Assembly (NCBI GenBank): GCA_050084515.1
Contig: CM114271.1
Location: 42,718,001-42,782,000, forward strand
Source of the DNA: Blasia pusilla
Taxonomy: Eukaryota
Direction: 5' to 3'
Length of the DNA: 64,000 nt
The notes beneath the pieces are model-generated. The model did not search any database. It saw nothing but the letters and a program-made list of their open reading frames with translations, and had not been told where the DNA came from. This document shows, one piece after another, positions 27,936-42,080 of this stretch (its first letter is position 1; each line of letters begins with the position of its first letter). Made by a program: the position numbers and the translations under genes.

Positions 27936-28837
27936 AGCTCCGAATCGCTCAAGCTCTAACTCGCTGGTCCCTGGTCGCCAACGACACTCCCGACTGAGCT
28001 CGAATCGCTCTCCGCAACTCTCTCCAGTGCCGGATACAGTTCAATTCTTCCCGACGCGAACGAGCTCCAGGAATCGATCGTTCCAGCGCCGAGAGCTCTC
28101 ACTTTCCCCACGGACTTCCCTGTCGCGCCGAGAGAATAGAGACATGGCGCGCGGGTTTAGGGGTTTACACTATTCGTCCCGGATCTTAATCGCACTTGAA
28201 ATGGTAGCGGCTCCGATTTTTGGGACCCCCTTGTTTGGAGGCCGGTCGTAAAATTATACTAGTAAGGACCCTCGCCCTATTCATCAGGTCACCTAACCCG
28301 AGGAAACCGCAGGTTCTATGTGGATAAGAGATTAAGAAATGTATTAATACCATTAGAGCAATCCCACCCGACCATACGAGCCGGCTTGGAGGGTGTCTGG
28401 CGCGGCGGGCCCCACGGGTGCAAAAAGTGAGCCCCCATCGTGCGCCGGGAAAGTCGCGGCCCGGGCGATGAAGGGCCGTTTTTGCAATCGGGTAGCGGCC
28501 CGCGTTGCCCTTGCCATTCCCGATCGAGTGGTCGAGGATCGTGCGGGGCTTATGCACATCGGACGACCATTGGGAGGTGAAAATCCTGAGCAAATATTTC
28601 AATTTCTGCCGCTTGTGACCTCGACGGGAGTCACGGTAATTTCAAAGCCAAATGTCGTGCGACGTGCTCTCTCTCCGTGTTAGGGCTAGTTTTCTCGTGT
28701 GCTTTGGAAATCCGGTGCATAGTTTTCTCGTGTGCTTTGGAAATCTGGTGCATAGTGAGGCGGGATTGGACTCGCTTCTGCCCCATTTCTTACGGGACTA
28801 CACATCTTGCTAGTCAATATAGCGGCAACGACCACAG

Positions 28838-29094
28838 CCAGAGGTACGAATTTTGCCACTGCTCACTTGAAGTAGCTTTCAATTTCTTAGGTGAACATTT
28901 CACAAGATCCTATTATTGGTTCGAGACAAAAGAATCAGTCATTTTGGGACAGGGTTGCTAAACACTATAACCAGAATCAACCAAGAGGCACCCAAGAGCG
29001 AGGAGCTAGATCTTTGGAAAGCAAGTGGGATGACTAGAAGCATGATGTTGCCAAATTTGGTGGCTCAATTGCTTGTGTAGAAGATCAACATCGG
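28838..29094 (+). mobile_element. PIF/Harbinger ORF1 (Myb/SANT-like DNA-binding protein) relic
   Basis: Manual translation *LSIS*VNISQDPIIGSRQKNQSFWDRVAKHYNQNQPRGTQERGARSLESKWDD*KHDVAKFGG, preceded by RGTNF. Cut off exactly at the TGTCA end of the adjacent Ty3 relic. Confidence 0.7.
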
Positions 29095-29095
29095 T

Positions 29096-30868
29096 TGTCA
29101 TTCACACAAGTCTAAGATCCATCTAACTATGAATCCTAAAATCTCTACACATGAATGACTGGACAACCCCAATTCCCCCCCTAACTGGTGGTTAGGTCCC
29201 TCTAACTCTAGATAGCCTAAAAAACAAATCTAAATGCTATGCATCTTTTTGGTGCTAAGATCAGGAGGTTGGGTGTTATGTCTCCCTATCGTTAGTCACC
29301 TTCCTGCAATCAATTACATCAAGAGTTGTCTTGTAATATACCTATCACACCTATATACTTCTAGGACAAAACCAACGTCAATGAGGATTCAAGTCAAGAG
29401 GCGGTGTCAAACACGACATTTTCCATCCTCGAGAACACCCATCACAGACTAGCATTATGGTTACTTCTCTAAGAGACCCACAGAAAATGCATCTCAAGCC
29501 TGCAAGAACAACTTCCAAACTTGGATCAATACTCCCATCTATGTTCGGAAGATGACATGGCGCACAATTACGCACATGATATTTCCAAACGGTATCATCA
29601 TGACCCTCTAAAACAAAGACTCCTAGCCTTTAGGTAAAATCTCTGAAAATCGTAGAACAATGGGTTCTGTTGTCACGTCTAATGTCGTTGGCGCCATTTG
29701 CTACACGTAGACATAATTTCCAAGATGGAATTTTTGAATCCCTTGTCGATAGTCTCCTCCACGCGTAGTCGCATATCTTAGAGTATCACAATGTTGAACG
29801 ATAGCCAAGTTCTCAACTGCCATAGGCATAACTCTTGAAAAGAGGTCAGCCCAATAAGAACACACTCTCACCCATCCATGTGGATAGTTGAGGACAATTA
29901 CCTCAACCACATCTTGCCGAATAGTTGACGATAACTGTGGCTCTCTCCCATAGAGCAAGAAATATGATGAAAATGATGCCAAGGATGCTTACCGATTGAA
30001 GCAGAAACCCATTTCCAACCACAACAACTGTAGGTCCCAATCTCCTAAGTGTCTTCTCCACTCCATACTTGCGCAATCCTCTCTTCATCGTCTGCACAAC
30101 TCTCTCTACCAAACCATCTGCCTCCATATGATCCCGAGAGTCGTACAATGATCGATCAGCGCTTGAGCATACAAAACCTGAAAGTCATCCCTCAACTCAG
30201 TATTGTGGTCTGTCAACACCTTTGCTAGTGCATCGAAATGACTTAGCACTTAATCAAGAAATGCATAAGCCGCTCCCTCACTCGACCTGTCCGGAAATCC
30301 TACCAACTCAATCCACTTGGAGAAGAATCCACTTGGGTGGTATCGGGGCAGTGAACGATGCCCACACCCTATCACATACAATGCATCTGGTTACAAACTG
30401 CTGAACATCAATATGCATACCACGCCACCAATACTAAATTTAAAGCAAGCTATACATACACTTGACTCCAAAATGACCAAACTCCTTGTGAGCATGTCTC
30501 ACGACTTGTGCTCGCAGCGAAGTATGCAACACCATCCGTACTTGTCTATCCTCCCAAACTTGAAGCACATCCGACCCCTCCCACTTGAACCTCTTGACTT
30601 GTTGTAGGACTCGACCCCACTCTTTAGAATCCACTATGCTCGCTAAAATACCAATGCGTAGCTACTCCAAGACCATCTCATCATCGTGGATGTCTCGAGT
30701 CCCTGTCGAGTCCTCACTAGCAGTTGGATCTAAGGACTGACCATCCAACATTCCTCCTAGACTGGATGCCTCCTGTTGACCTAACATAGCCAACACACAC
30801 AAATAGGTAGATGCGTGGCAACTCGACACCATCTCCTCATCACTCTCACCATGCCACCTAGCTCCAAT
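29096..30868 (-). mobile_element. 3' relic of a PHD-integrase Ty3/Gypsy element related to 51734-61411
   Basis: Integrase fragments (VVRHAHKEFGHFGVK, ADGLVERVVQTMKRGLRKYG, DTLRYATTRGGDY), degenerate PHD (CIFCGSLREVTIMLVCDGCSRGWKMSCLTPPLD), PPT at about 29173-29182, then 76 bp ending in ...TGACA at 29096. Confidence 0.88.
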
Positions 30869-31648
30869 TGAAGCTAGGTGGAGGAGGTAGAGTTTATTGT
30901 TTGCAATGTGACTTGTTTCATTTGAGAACACATATCCTTTGATGGTAGAGAAGATGGATTTTATGATGTTGGGCCGATGTTGAGCAATGTTCTTTTCTAT
31001 CATGCTTCTACGTTTTTTAATGCCAATCTTGTATGTCACAGAAGCTTGCATCTCTAACCACGCTCAAACATCTAAGTCATGTATAAAGATCCAAGGTTAG
31101 GGTCCAAAATTGGACTATCAAGACTTGGCTTGGTGTGAAATCCGCCATGCCAATCTCTCAATCCATCTCGTGTCCTTGGTTTAACCCCTATGGTTCCGAA
31201 GATGGGTTTCATGTTCCAAAATTCTTAAGAGACCCTCCCCTTATATATAGTTCTAGAAAAATTCAGTCCCTATCTCATCCAAGGAATTCCTCTTAGGTGC
31301 TACTTGAAGTCCTCAACCAAAACTATTATTTCAAAACTTGTTGGGCCCATTGTAGGATTTTAGCTTGTGCATTTTTATGGATCTTTAATGCGTTGGAACC
31401 GGTTCCTTGCAAGCTTTCCAAATCCACCTTATTCATCCCAAACAAATCCTTATTATGACCTCAAATGTTAAAACTACCAAACTCTCGATGAGATTCCAAC
31501 CTAAGTTATAGCCTTCTCGGAGTCAAACTCTTATGGGACTTGAACTCTTCTCTAGTTCCATATTGTGCTTGGTGATACTCTTTTGGATTATAACCATCAT
31601 CATTTTTATACACTCATTCATGATCGCATCTCGTTTCTTTGACTCATG

Positions 31649-32136
31649 CACTACACATTCAGACGCCATTTGCAAGTCTTAGAAGCCACAATAGACTCCT
31701 AACTTAACTGAGTTGCAAAATGGTAAATTTGACTCATAGTTAGGGACTATAACTTGACTTGTCTTGTTTTCTTACATTCATAATATTTTCATAATTGGCT
31801 TGCAAAAAAATCATATTTAACGACTATAATATACTTGAAACTATTGTTTTCTTATACTCGCCATATTGTTGTAATTGGCTTGTAACAAACTCGCAAATTT
31901 TTGCAGCTTTGCGACAATATTGTCGGCCAATTGTGAGTTTGACTCAAAAATACCTCGTAAAAATACTTGGAAAGAGCTTGCAAGATTTCATTTCCCAATT
32001 CTTGAGTCTTATTTCATGCTTGCAAACATATTTTCATTGAGATATTTGACACTCTAATCACATTAGTTGAATGATGCAACAAAGATGAAATCTTCATATC
32101 TATTTTAAAGATTTATACATAAACCATTTTGTAGTG
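31649..32136. mobile_element. Possible non-autonomous CACTA-like element
   Basis: Starts CACTACA and ends TGTAGTG, with internal recurring GCTTGCAA/TTGCAA motifs. Flanking trinucleotides (atg / aaa) do not match as a TSD. Confidence 0.3.
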
Positions 32137-32621
32137 AAAATCCTAGCCATGCTAGTGGCATGCATCTAATTTATTATGCATTTGGAGCTACACTACACTT
32201 GTTAAAAAGTCAACATCCAAAGACATCCCAATGGGCATCGTTGTCGCACCCACCGGTCCAATACTTAAAGTGGCACTAATAGATATGTTTCTGCCCAATC
32301 TTATGTGGCAATGCCTATTACGAATAGGCCTCATACCTCCATTAGGTGCAAAATTTGATAAGAATATCCTACTTTTCCTTACAGCAATTGGGAACTTTGT
32401 AAGGCAGATCTACGAGAACAAGGAGATCTCATTTTCCTCTTCGTGCTCATCCTCCTCATCCTCATCGTACTTTTCATCCTGTGAATGGTCATCTATTCCT
32501 ACAAGTCAATCTTATGAGGTGTGGGGATCTGATATTGTCAACATGAGCATGTGTACCCGGTGTCATACCTCCTCTACCTTGTGTTTATTGTGGGATGCGG
32601 CATGCCATGTTATACCATACA

Positions 32622-32960
32622 TGTAACATGGATCTAGTGAAAATAACTAAATGGAAGAGACTACATTAGTACTAGAGTTTGAGGAACCTACCATGGACAA
32701 GGTCCTTATAAGCAAAGACCAACCTCTTAGTTTTTTTGGCCCCGTCCTACAACCCATACCATGTAAATTGCACAAAGCATCCACATAATCGATTAAGTCT
32801 TCTCAAAACCCATCTTACTAACCCTCCATTCAAGGAGGGATATTCCAAGAAGAGAGAAATGAGCTCTCCAAACTCTCTCTCCTTGAGAATAAAACCTCTT
32901 CTCCAAACTCTCTCCTCAATAACATGTGCGCACATGTCATCGTCTCAACCGTAAGCTACG
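32622..32960 (-). repeat. Relic LTR segment related to the sister-family (Y) LTR
   Basis: 32851-32900 reverse complement (ttattctcaaggagagagagtttggagagctcatttctctc) aligns with 50180-50220 (ttatacctcaaggagagagagcttgagagctcattctc). Possible ...TTACA end at 32622. Extent uncertain. Confidence 0.45.
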
Positions 32961-33541
32961 ATAGTAGATGAAGGGGTACTTTCGAAAGCACAAAATCAAC
33001 CGAGGAAAAAATTAATATGGAACTTACCTCAAAATACCTCCAAATGACAATATTTAAGTCACCCTCCTCCTTAGTACATCCTCCTCAACTTATGGGGACT
33101 GATGTCCAACTTCCTCATATAAGTTTTGCTCTAATAAGAAAGACGTCACACTTAATACGGTCGGAAGGGATTGGAGTCACTTTAGGAAGGGAGGCGGCTA
33201 TTTTCAAGTGTAATTAAAGTAGCTCTTATAAATTGAGGGGTATGAAAATTTAGAAATGCACTAATTGTATTTTAGAATAATTCCAAATTTGAGAAGATTA
33301 TGAACAAGCCTTCTACTTTGATACATGATTTTACTTTCCTAGATATCACATTCCATAAATAAGAAGGTCCCTTTTTACTATACTATAGCTAATATATTCC
33401 CTAGTGTATCAAAGTGGCTCCATATCTAAGTATAAGGGAGAAGGCTATGAAGCAATTGGAGTAAATTTCAACCATTCATAAGAAATGGAATGATTCAATG
33501 CGAGAATCCTTGAGTAGAACCAAAATCATAATTATACGGAA

Positions 33542-33674
33542 TCTATACTATTATTTGAGGAGCGTTTTTTCAAATGGCGATAGCTAAATGTTCACACGTG
33601 TCATTTTAAGCTTAGGAATGTATAACGTGTGGCATAATTGAGCGTTTAGGGTGGCATGACCGGGTCCTAACTAG
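33542..33674 (+). mobile_element. Possible tiny non-autonomous Helitron
   Basis: A|TCTATACTATTATTT 5' end and cgggtcctaaCTAG|T 3' end, inserted between A and T. The subterminal hairpin is imperfect. Confidence 0.3.
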
Positions 33675-36618
33675 TTCAAAAAATTGGATACTGCTTACAA
33701 CCTAATTTTACCAATTGAACAAAAAAACATTAGAGTGGGTTGGAGTGTGGAAAGAAAGACAAACCATGAATGATGGAAGATAGAAGAGCCCATGAAAACT
33801 AGGGTAATTACTCGAGCAGCTGATGCTAGATGCTCCGATGGGATTCCTGCCAACAATAAATGGCAACTGAACTTAACATCTTGGCACTCATCATGTTTGA
33901 ATCTCTCCCATCTTTATTTTCATTTATCTAATTATGATTTTAGGCAAATCAACTGCGGTTACCTCCTAGCCTTGCAAAGACATCCAAGGTGGTTTCCTCG
34001 AAGTCTTCCCACTTTCTAAATTAAAGTCAATTCTTCACTCCTCAAATTAATTAAATCCACTTTCTCACTTTCCTGCTTCTAATTGTGGTTCCCACTCCAA
34101 TAATAAAACATGAAAATTTTCAACCTACTAGCAAATCAAATTATCATTAAAAAAGGTTGAATCTATGAATATTCTTATTTTGTCTTGTAGCATTCACTCA
34201 TTATATAAATTAGTTGATGCTTATGCTATGCATGAGTTAGAAATGATGACTAATTAAATTGTGCATCATTAACCTAAAATGATTAGCGACATAAATAATC
34301 CTAAGAATAATGAGATTCAAGATGTTCATGCAATGCACGAGGTTGGTAATGTAACATTGGTATACCAATTTACTCTCCGCTACTTAGATGGACTAAGTTG
34401 GTTGGATAGGACACGTGTTGGGACAAGAGACTACTGTAGAGGACAAGTGTTGAGCCGAGAGGTGTTTGTTTATGGGAAAGGGTTGTCATTCATTCAAATA
34501 TAGATATATAATACAATATAATTATTTATTGTATGTTGAACATTTTCAAGTATGAATTTTAGAGTCTCTCTTTTCTAAAATAGAAGTGTCTTTAAATATG
34601 CAATGAGAAAGGAGGGGTTTACTTATGGATGTGTTGCCCAATTTTGTTAAGGGAGTGGAATCATAATATTATTTGCATTAGCTTCTTTTGTAGACGCTCT
34701 CCTTCTGTGCCACATGTGGAGTCTTTCACAATTGGATTTATTTTAGTGGTACCCTATCCTAAGTTATAGACATGGAAAAATAGAGGAAATAAAATATTTT
34801 ACATTGTCATAAATACTTGACTGGAAATTTATTTATTCTATTATTTATGTTTAAACGACTCCACAATTGAAACATGTTACCCAAGGTTCATATGGTAGTT
34901 CTTCAAGTTTTTGGGGATTCCATAAATATCAAACGGGAAAAATTTCCACTTAAATTTTACATCATTATAAATAATGTGCTAAAATATCCAACCAAAAATG
35001 ATTTCATATCACCCTTCCATGAACAAAAATATCCAACCAATTAAAAAAATTGGAAGTTTGGTTGTGAGGGAAATTTACGAGATATTTTGGAAAAAAAGAA
35101 ATAATTCTAGTCGAGAAGAATTCTTTTCCCAAAGGACGAGAGATGGTAAGGTTTTATTTTTCAAATAAAGGGCTTTAAAGTTAGATTTTGCATCATCATA
35201 ATACTCAACCTGATGTTCATTTATACTACAATATCAAACTCCAAATTTGCGTCATGCTACAAAGACTTCATATGGGAGTTCTTCCTTTTCTGGGCTTGCC
35301 ATGACTATCAAACAAAAAAATCACGTCAAATTTTACATGGTTAAGAATATTGTGCCCGAGATATCTAACAAAATTTTTCATATCGCATTTCCATGAGAAA
35401 CTTTTTTTCTCAAAATATCAAACCAATCTTTTCCATTTTCAAAATGTCATTTCATTCTTACCTCATTTTTTTTATTTCCATGTATCTAATACAATAACTC
35501 CAAATTAAAAATATTAATTAAGATAGTACAATCAAATTATTATCCAAAAACCTCAAAAAGGAAATAATAAGTATATCATTTTACTAATGGATGTCCATAC
35601 GATGCAAATTACCCATCATTCCTACAATGATGTAATTAATTTTCCAAATCTATTATAAATTAATTTGGAATGAACTTATCGGTTGAGAGATGGAACCATC
35701 TTATTGGCTACAAGGTCAAAGGACCATATTGAATGGGAAACCCATCTATCCAAGAGGAGAGATGTTTGAAAATGAGAAGGTTTTATACAATAACATAAGG
35801 AAGTAGAAAAAAAATATGACTTCAAAAGGAAAATGACTCCTTTAAAAGCCTATGAATTTAAACTTAAAATGAACCGATACATAAACCTAGGTTCGAGAAG
35901 AGGGTTTAACAAGTAAGAAGATTAACACGGCGGGGAAGAAACGCGGGAGACTAACCAGAAGAAAGGGCAACACGAAGAAGGAGGTGTCAAAAGAAGTATA
36001 GGACGCGGAGAAGAACAAAAATTTAAATAATAATAGCGCGAGACAGTAATTGGTTCAGAAAATTTACCTAATTCTTGACGTCCAATAATTTACGGTCTTT
36101 CGGCATCAATTATTCTCTCCTGTGAGTATTGTAGAATCTTTTGTTTTTCTCCCGTCCTTCCTTCCGATTCTACGGCCTATGCATAAATAAATAAAAGAAT
36201 TGAACCTTCCGAAAATAAATATTTCGGCTAAAATGGAGAACTCCTAAGTGTATAAATACAGGAAGATTTGAGTCATTTGACACCCCCACTTGAATCTTAT
36301 CCCGAGTCCCTTTATACGAGATATTCGACCGAAAGACGTCGGGACGAGTGCCGTTTTGTCCGTAGTTATCCGTCCGTCCGTCCGTCCGTCCTCGCGTCAC
36401 TGGGCTGCCTAAACCCTCCGTGACGGTGAAACCGGCACATCCAGTCCGTCTCTCCGATCGAGAGAGACGAGCGCGAGCACTGTGAGCGAAATATCGTTTT
36501 CTGGTTGAGGATTGGTATATTGATCGAGAGGTCGATCGATCTCGGCAGTAGAGTAGATTGCGGGGCAGAATCCGAGCGCGGAGCACGAGCGAGGCGGAGA
36601 TAGTACTCGTCTAGTAGG

Positions 36619-38779
36619 ATGGAGACGTCGTTGAGATACGGTGGTGAGAACAAGCAGCTCCTCCTCCATGCGAAGGAGAACTTTCTGCTCGACAAGTCCT
36701 TCTTTCTTCAGGTATGGTATGAGGTGGTCGATTTCTGGGACTGCGTCGCGTGGAATTTCTCGGAGGCGCTTGGGGCGGGGCGTGCGTTTTTCCTTCATTG
36801 CGTTGAGAAACTGCGCGCTGTCTATCTGTCTGTCAGAGTTTGGGACAGTGAAGGACTCCGTTGCGTGCTTCCTGGAAGGTTCGCTGTGTGTGCGTGATGG
36901 GGTTTTCTTTCTGGAGCTGTAGCTGGATATTGTTCCAGCCACAGGAATTTGTGCGGGGGCTTTTGTTTTCTACCATTTGTCCTTGTCGTGGGCCACCTAG
37001 TTGGCCGTGATTTGTCCAATCTAATCAAAATTTTCCTTTTCTGAGAGGTTCTGCGGGTTTGGATTGGTGGTCACTCTTCGGAATTCGTCGGTTAGGTTAC
37101 AGGAAAGCAGTGTTTCGTGCTCACTTGCGATCTTTCGGGTGCTTCTCTTTCTCCCGCCGCTTAGATAGTCACATGGGATAGAGGGCCACGGTTTTACTGC
37201 CGCTCAGGAATTGACACGGAACCAGCGTTGAGGCATTGTCACCGTTTACTCCCGTATGATCTGGAGGTTTGGTTTAATTCGTTTTCTCTCTCGGAGAGGT
37301 TTTATTTCTTTATGCTGTGATTTCTTGGACAAGCGAAGTAGCTAGGGGATAATTCACGGTAGTGCTTGAACTGCCTCTCCGTTTTCATCACCTTGCTTCC
37401 ATCTGTGGCAACTTTCCTGCCATCACTTCCCTTCTCGGAAGATGGGGGCGCCCTGGTGTATGGGCCAGGCATGCCTGAAGGTGCGGATTTCTTGTTGGGA
37501 TTCGTGCGACCTGAGATTGCCCAAAGGAAGGGCGGTGAATTAATTCTGTACGCAGTGACCCTACCATGTCTGGTGATTTTCGCAATCAAGTAGAACTTGG
37601 CCCGAACACACAGCATCGTTTCGCGAAATCAAGAGCTCACCTCGTGCTTTATGCAGTTTCACGGGAAGTTGAACACCCACACCGGGAGAGCGAGTGGAAT
37701 CGCTCATGTGAAGAAGAAGTTCTTTCCCGAGGTACACGATTTTACCTCAATTCCAGTTGCAGGTCCATGTAATCAACACGACACAAGAGTTCAAGAACTA
37801 GAAAACTATGTGATTGTGTTCCAGATAGTACTGCAGACGTGATGGTCACAGTCGGAAACAGTTTTAAGTTTACACAATAATGGATGAATTAAGAATCACA
37901 CTGGACCTTCTTGGGGGGTAATTTGAATTTTAGGTTTATGGAACGCAGTCAGGGATTGGAGCGTGGCGTGGAACATGAAATCTCAGCGTTGAGGGGCTTA
38001 TAGTGACCGTTCGGATTGCAGTTGTTGACAAGCTTAGATATTGGAGCCAAGTTTGATTCTGAGCCTTATGAGTTCACATATGACATTCAAGGCAAGAAGA
38101 CTCTACCTCTTACGGACAACGGGTTGCTCAGCATTGATCTGAAAGGAGGCTACAACTTCAACCCTGGGACCAAGTTGGTGAGTTGCTGTATTCCCCAAAG
38201 GGGATACTCTGTGTTCTAAATGAAATCATCAAGAGTGGGGTTTCTGAGCAATTAGCTTTCATTCTGTACAAGTTGCCGTGAAGGTATCACTGTTCCCTTG
38301 AACTGTCCTTAGATGATGTGCAAAAACTTCCTTCTTATTTACCCCCAATACTGTGGGTTGCATGATACGGAGGACCGACTGTTATGTCTGCCAGGGAAAG
38401 GCCAGGGGAGTGGTTGAATTAAGCTACAAGATCTTCAACTTCACAGAGGATCAAGACTTGAAGATTAAACTCGGATACAACCCATTCCAGAAGGTAATTT
38501 ATTGTACCTAGCTTTCATCTCGATTTCAGGGCTTCGAATACTCTTGTCAACTCCAGCTACAACTTCACGACCAATTCTTCATGTTTCTCGGCTCCATTGT
38601 TTTATAGCAGTCACGTCTTTGTAGTTAGGAGATGAGTCATGTCACTTTCCACGGCCGACTCAGTTGACATCATATTTCGGGATGGTGCTCCACAGAAACC
38701 ATACTTTCAAATCAGGGAGAACAATTGGACTTTGAATGCGGACACTTCCGGTGGCTGGAGTGTAATTTATGACTTGTGA
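36619..38779 (+). CDS. OEP21: Chloroplast outer envelope pore protein 21, 5 exons, 168 aa
   Basis: Exons 36619-36711, 37657-37731, 38022-38177, 38395-38493, 38696-38779 with GT-AG introns, all phase 0. Protein [22 protein letters not shown]...[22 protein letters not shown]...[15 protein letters not shown]...WSVIYDL*. Confidence 0.95.
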
Positions 38780-41700
38780 GTTGAGTAGGGTAGAATATTG
38801 TTATACCCTCCTGAGATGAAGGGGCCTACATTGTCTCTCAGACTGCCATTCATTTTGGATGCCTCAAAATGTAGAGGTATTTCAGGCGCAGATGACGTGA
38901 AAATTTAGAACATTCATAGTTCCTGTACGATGATTAGCACAGGTAGTTTCTGACAACTGTCAGGTTTTGAGGTCCGGTCACTCTGACCTCGCAATTCATG
39001 TGATCCTCACTTCTCTCTGCAACGCGATGGTACTTTGTTCACTTCTTTCTCTCTACTCCCATTCCAGTCTCTAGCACCGTCCAACCAGGGCCGCGAGGCT
39101 ACGACAGGCTCTACATAATGTGCAGTCTCTGCAACGCAAAAGCAGGTTTGTGTACATGATAAAAGTTCCGATTCAGATGAGATTTCCAGTATGGATGGCG
39201 TTTGGAGCATCTTCAAGTGCCACTGAATCGTAACCAACTCCTACCATGGAGAACTCTGACATATTTCCACGCCCGGATATGCTCTCCTTTTGTACTTATT
39301 GGCCCAGCAGTTGCAGTCCCCGTAAAGATCAGTTCATCAACGAGGCTGCGTGAACGAAAGAACAGTTGCGGGGTTGAGGTGGAAACTCGATTTTCAAGTG
39401 GGACATTTCCTCCCGGTTTTTGGGGGGACAAGTTTTATCACAGTTCCCTCATTTCCAGACTCGTCAAATCAGATGAGAGATGTTTCCTCATACACTTGCC
39501 TCACTCCGTCCACCCTCAGCTTCTTGGGGATACGATGGGGGGTCCCAGCCTCATAAAGCGCCAGAAAAGTCCTTGGCCAATCACCTGACTGGGCATGTTT
39601 CATAAATCCTAGCACCTGCAGTCGGTAGGCTAATGATTACTTATCCTGATGACCTGTAGGCATAGACCTGCGTCGCTCTGCGATTTGCTGGGCCAGAAGC
39701 TCGTCGCCTAATACCTATTCTACATATCGGACCCGTAATCTCCCTTATGAGCATCAAATTGCCCCCTTCCGCTCGCAGTTTTCCCGCACGAGTCTCCATT
39801 CTCGGCTTTTCTAGTTTGTAATGAACTTATTATAGACGTGTGGCCGGCCGGTCGGTCTCTACGGATTTGTGAACCGTTTGGATTGTCGACCCACTGTCAA
39901 GCACCGTCGCCCGAATTGGAAGGCGGCAGTCGGTGACATGTCTTCCAGGCTTCAACCGTTGACAAAAGTTATGGGACCGGTATTTACTCATCTACAGTGA
40001 ATCCTGAGGGCTCACGAGACCACTTGATTTGCAAGTTTATTCACGATCACTGGACTCCAACTATTGAATCTCGTTTAGGACTGCACCTCATCAGCAAATT
40101 CTCCCACAGACTACTGCTTGAAGGCACGATCCTTCTAGGAGTCCACCTGATCGGCAATCCTCCTCGGACTCTTGGAAGCCACAATCCCTCTAAGACTCCA
40201 CCTGCTCAGAAATCCTCCTAGAACACTATCAGACACCACGGCGCTCGTGGAGCACCACCCGATCTCTACAGGACTCCCGCAGAGCAGCGACTTTCCTCCC
40301 AGCCCGCTCTGAACTACGACCCCTCAAGCTTCCTGAAGACTCTGTCACGAATCATGCACCGCTGGACTGTTCGCTTGCCCCATCATTCACGAAGACAATA
40401 CGGCTGCTGTGTAATCTCGACATATGCCGACGCTCGTACCCGATCAGATCACGTGTTTGAATCGAAATGAGCTTCGAACCACACGGCGCTCGCGAACTAA
40501 CCCCGCTCGGGTAGGTTCATATCCGCAGATGTTTGCGAAATTGGTCAATTTCAGTAAATAAGATATGACGCTCGTTGCATCATCACTCCGTGACTACAAT
40601 CTCGGAAGCGATGATAATCTAGCTTCCTCGTATCCGTACACAATAATTCTTGATGGACAACGAGAAAAGAATGTCAACTCCCCTCTGATCATAAAATAAG
40701 AAAGAGAAAGAGAAAGCCACAAAACCAGGTGACGGTTCCTGACCCTCGTCGGGGCGAGGCATCGCGTCAACGCCTTTCGCTGTCGCTTGTCACTTGTGCA
40801 AATGCAGAGCGTCCCTTCCCTCCATAGACAGCCCCATAAACGTCAAGCTTCAACGGGGGGACTGCCGCCATGAACAGACAGATTCGCGGCCAATTCGCCT
40901 TGACAAGAAATCACTTGATTAATGTTCTCTAAGCGCCTCATTACGACGTGATAGGCCGTACCACCATGGCCACATTTTTACTCCCTCGGAGCGCCGAAGG
41001 AAGGAGACATGTCACATGGTTACCCACTCCCGCTTCCGATTCAGTAACACCCATGAAAAGGTCAAGTTTGCTCCGGTCTCCTGTGAGACCGGACAGTAGC
41101 GGAACTACCTACAGCCCCAAAAGTCGAGATGAAGTGGACGGCGCCTACATTCACTCCACCAATGGCAGCGGTTCCCTGCGCGCACCGTCTGTCTGTCACT
41201 CAGTCAGCCAGCCGTCCATCCATAGAGTTGGAACTTGGAACTCAGAACGAAAGTGAGTCATTGAGCCGTCCATCGAGTCGGAAAGAAACTCGTTTTCTTC
41301 TTTCATCCATCCGTCTACAGCTTTGAGCTCCAAAGGGTAATGATTCCGCTGGTTCGCTCGGATTCAGTAGCTGTCCACCTGTGTGTGCACCTCACTTTCC
41401 AGCAGACCATAGGGAACCAGCAACGTCGTATCCGGCGGTTCTAACGTTGACTGCCACGTGTTACGCATGTGATGAGGTGTACAATCGAGTGGGGTTTGGA
41501 AGGGACCGCCCATCAACATGAGAGTTAGCTATAATGTGGTTGCCTCCATTCTCCTCTAACTAAGTGGGCTTATAAGTAATAGTGTACCCTAGTGTGATGA
41601 GTGAGTTTAAATTACCTTTCACGAATATTTCTTATACTTCTTAAGTGCCATTGTAAAGTAGTGTGCGGCCCAGGACCGCTTATTGAAGAATGGTGGAACA

Positions 41701-42080
41701 AAAAATACTTTTGTGGAATATAGTAAAAGGTGTTGCAGATGTGTAAAAGAGTGCATATGCAGCGCATTTTGGATCTGACACTTAATATAAAAATGAGCAA
41801 TGGTTATGGTTCAGTTTGTGGAAAATAGATAGGCAATGTTCAGTTAAAATGAGGCAGTTTTTGTGGATGGAATTCTGTTTGGATAAAGAAGGGCTGCTTG
41901 TAGTGGCCACCGTGGACGTGCTCAAAGTAAATAGTGTGGTTTTGTCGAAGAGTATTAGAGCTTATGAGGGAGCCTTGGCAGGATGGAAATACATTATGAA
42001 TGGCCACTTAGAGATAATTTGAATCCAAGACTTGCTGATATGGTGCATGACTTAGCAGTTCTATGAAGGGTTACGGTGGG

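Noticed and set aside
28687-28755. 33-bp tandem duplication, plus short duplications at 9346-9570
   Set aside because: Two-copy local duplications without spacers, not CRISPR-like.
10708-38779. Functional cluster of three plastid-protein genes
   Set aside because: The pathways are unrelated and plastid-targeted genes are common, so chance adjacency suffices.
39000-42060. Possible additional gene or promoter downstream of OEP21
   Set aside because: Some splice-like signals near 41250-41340, but no coherent coding model.
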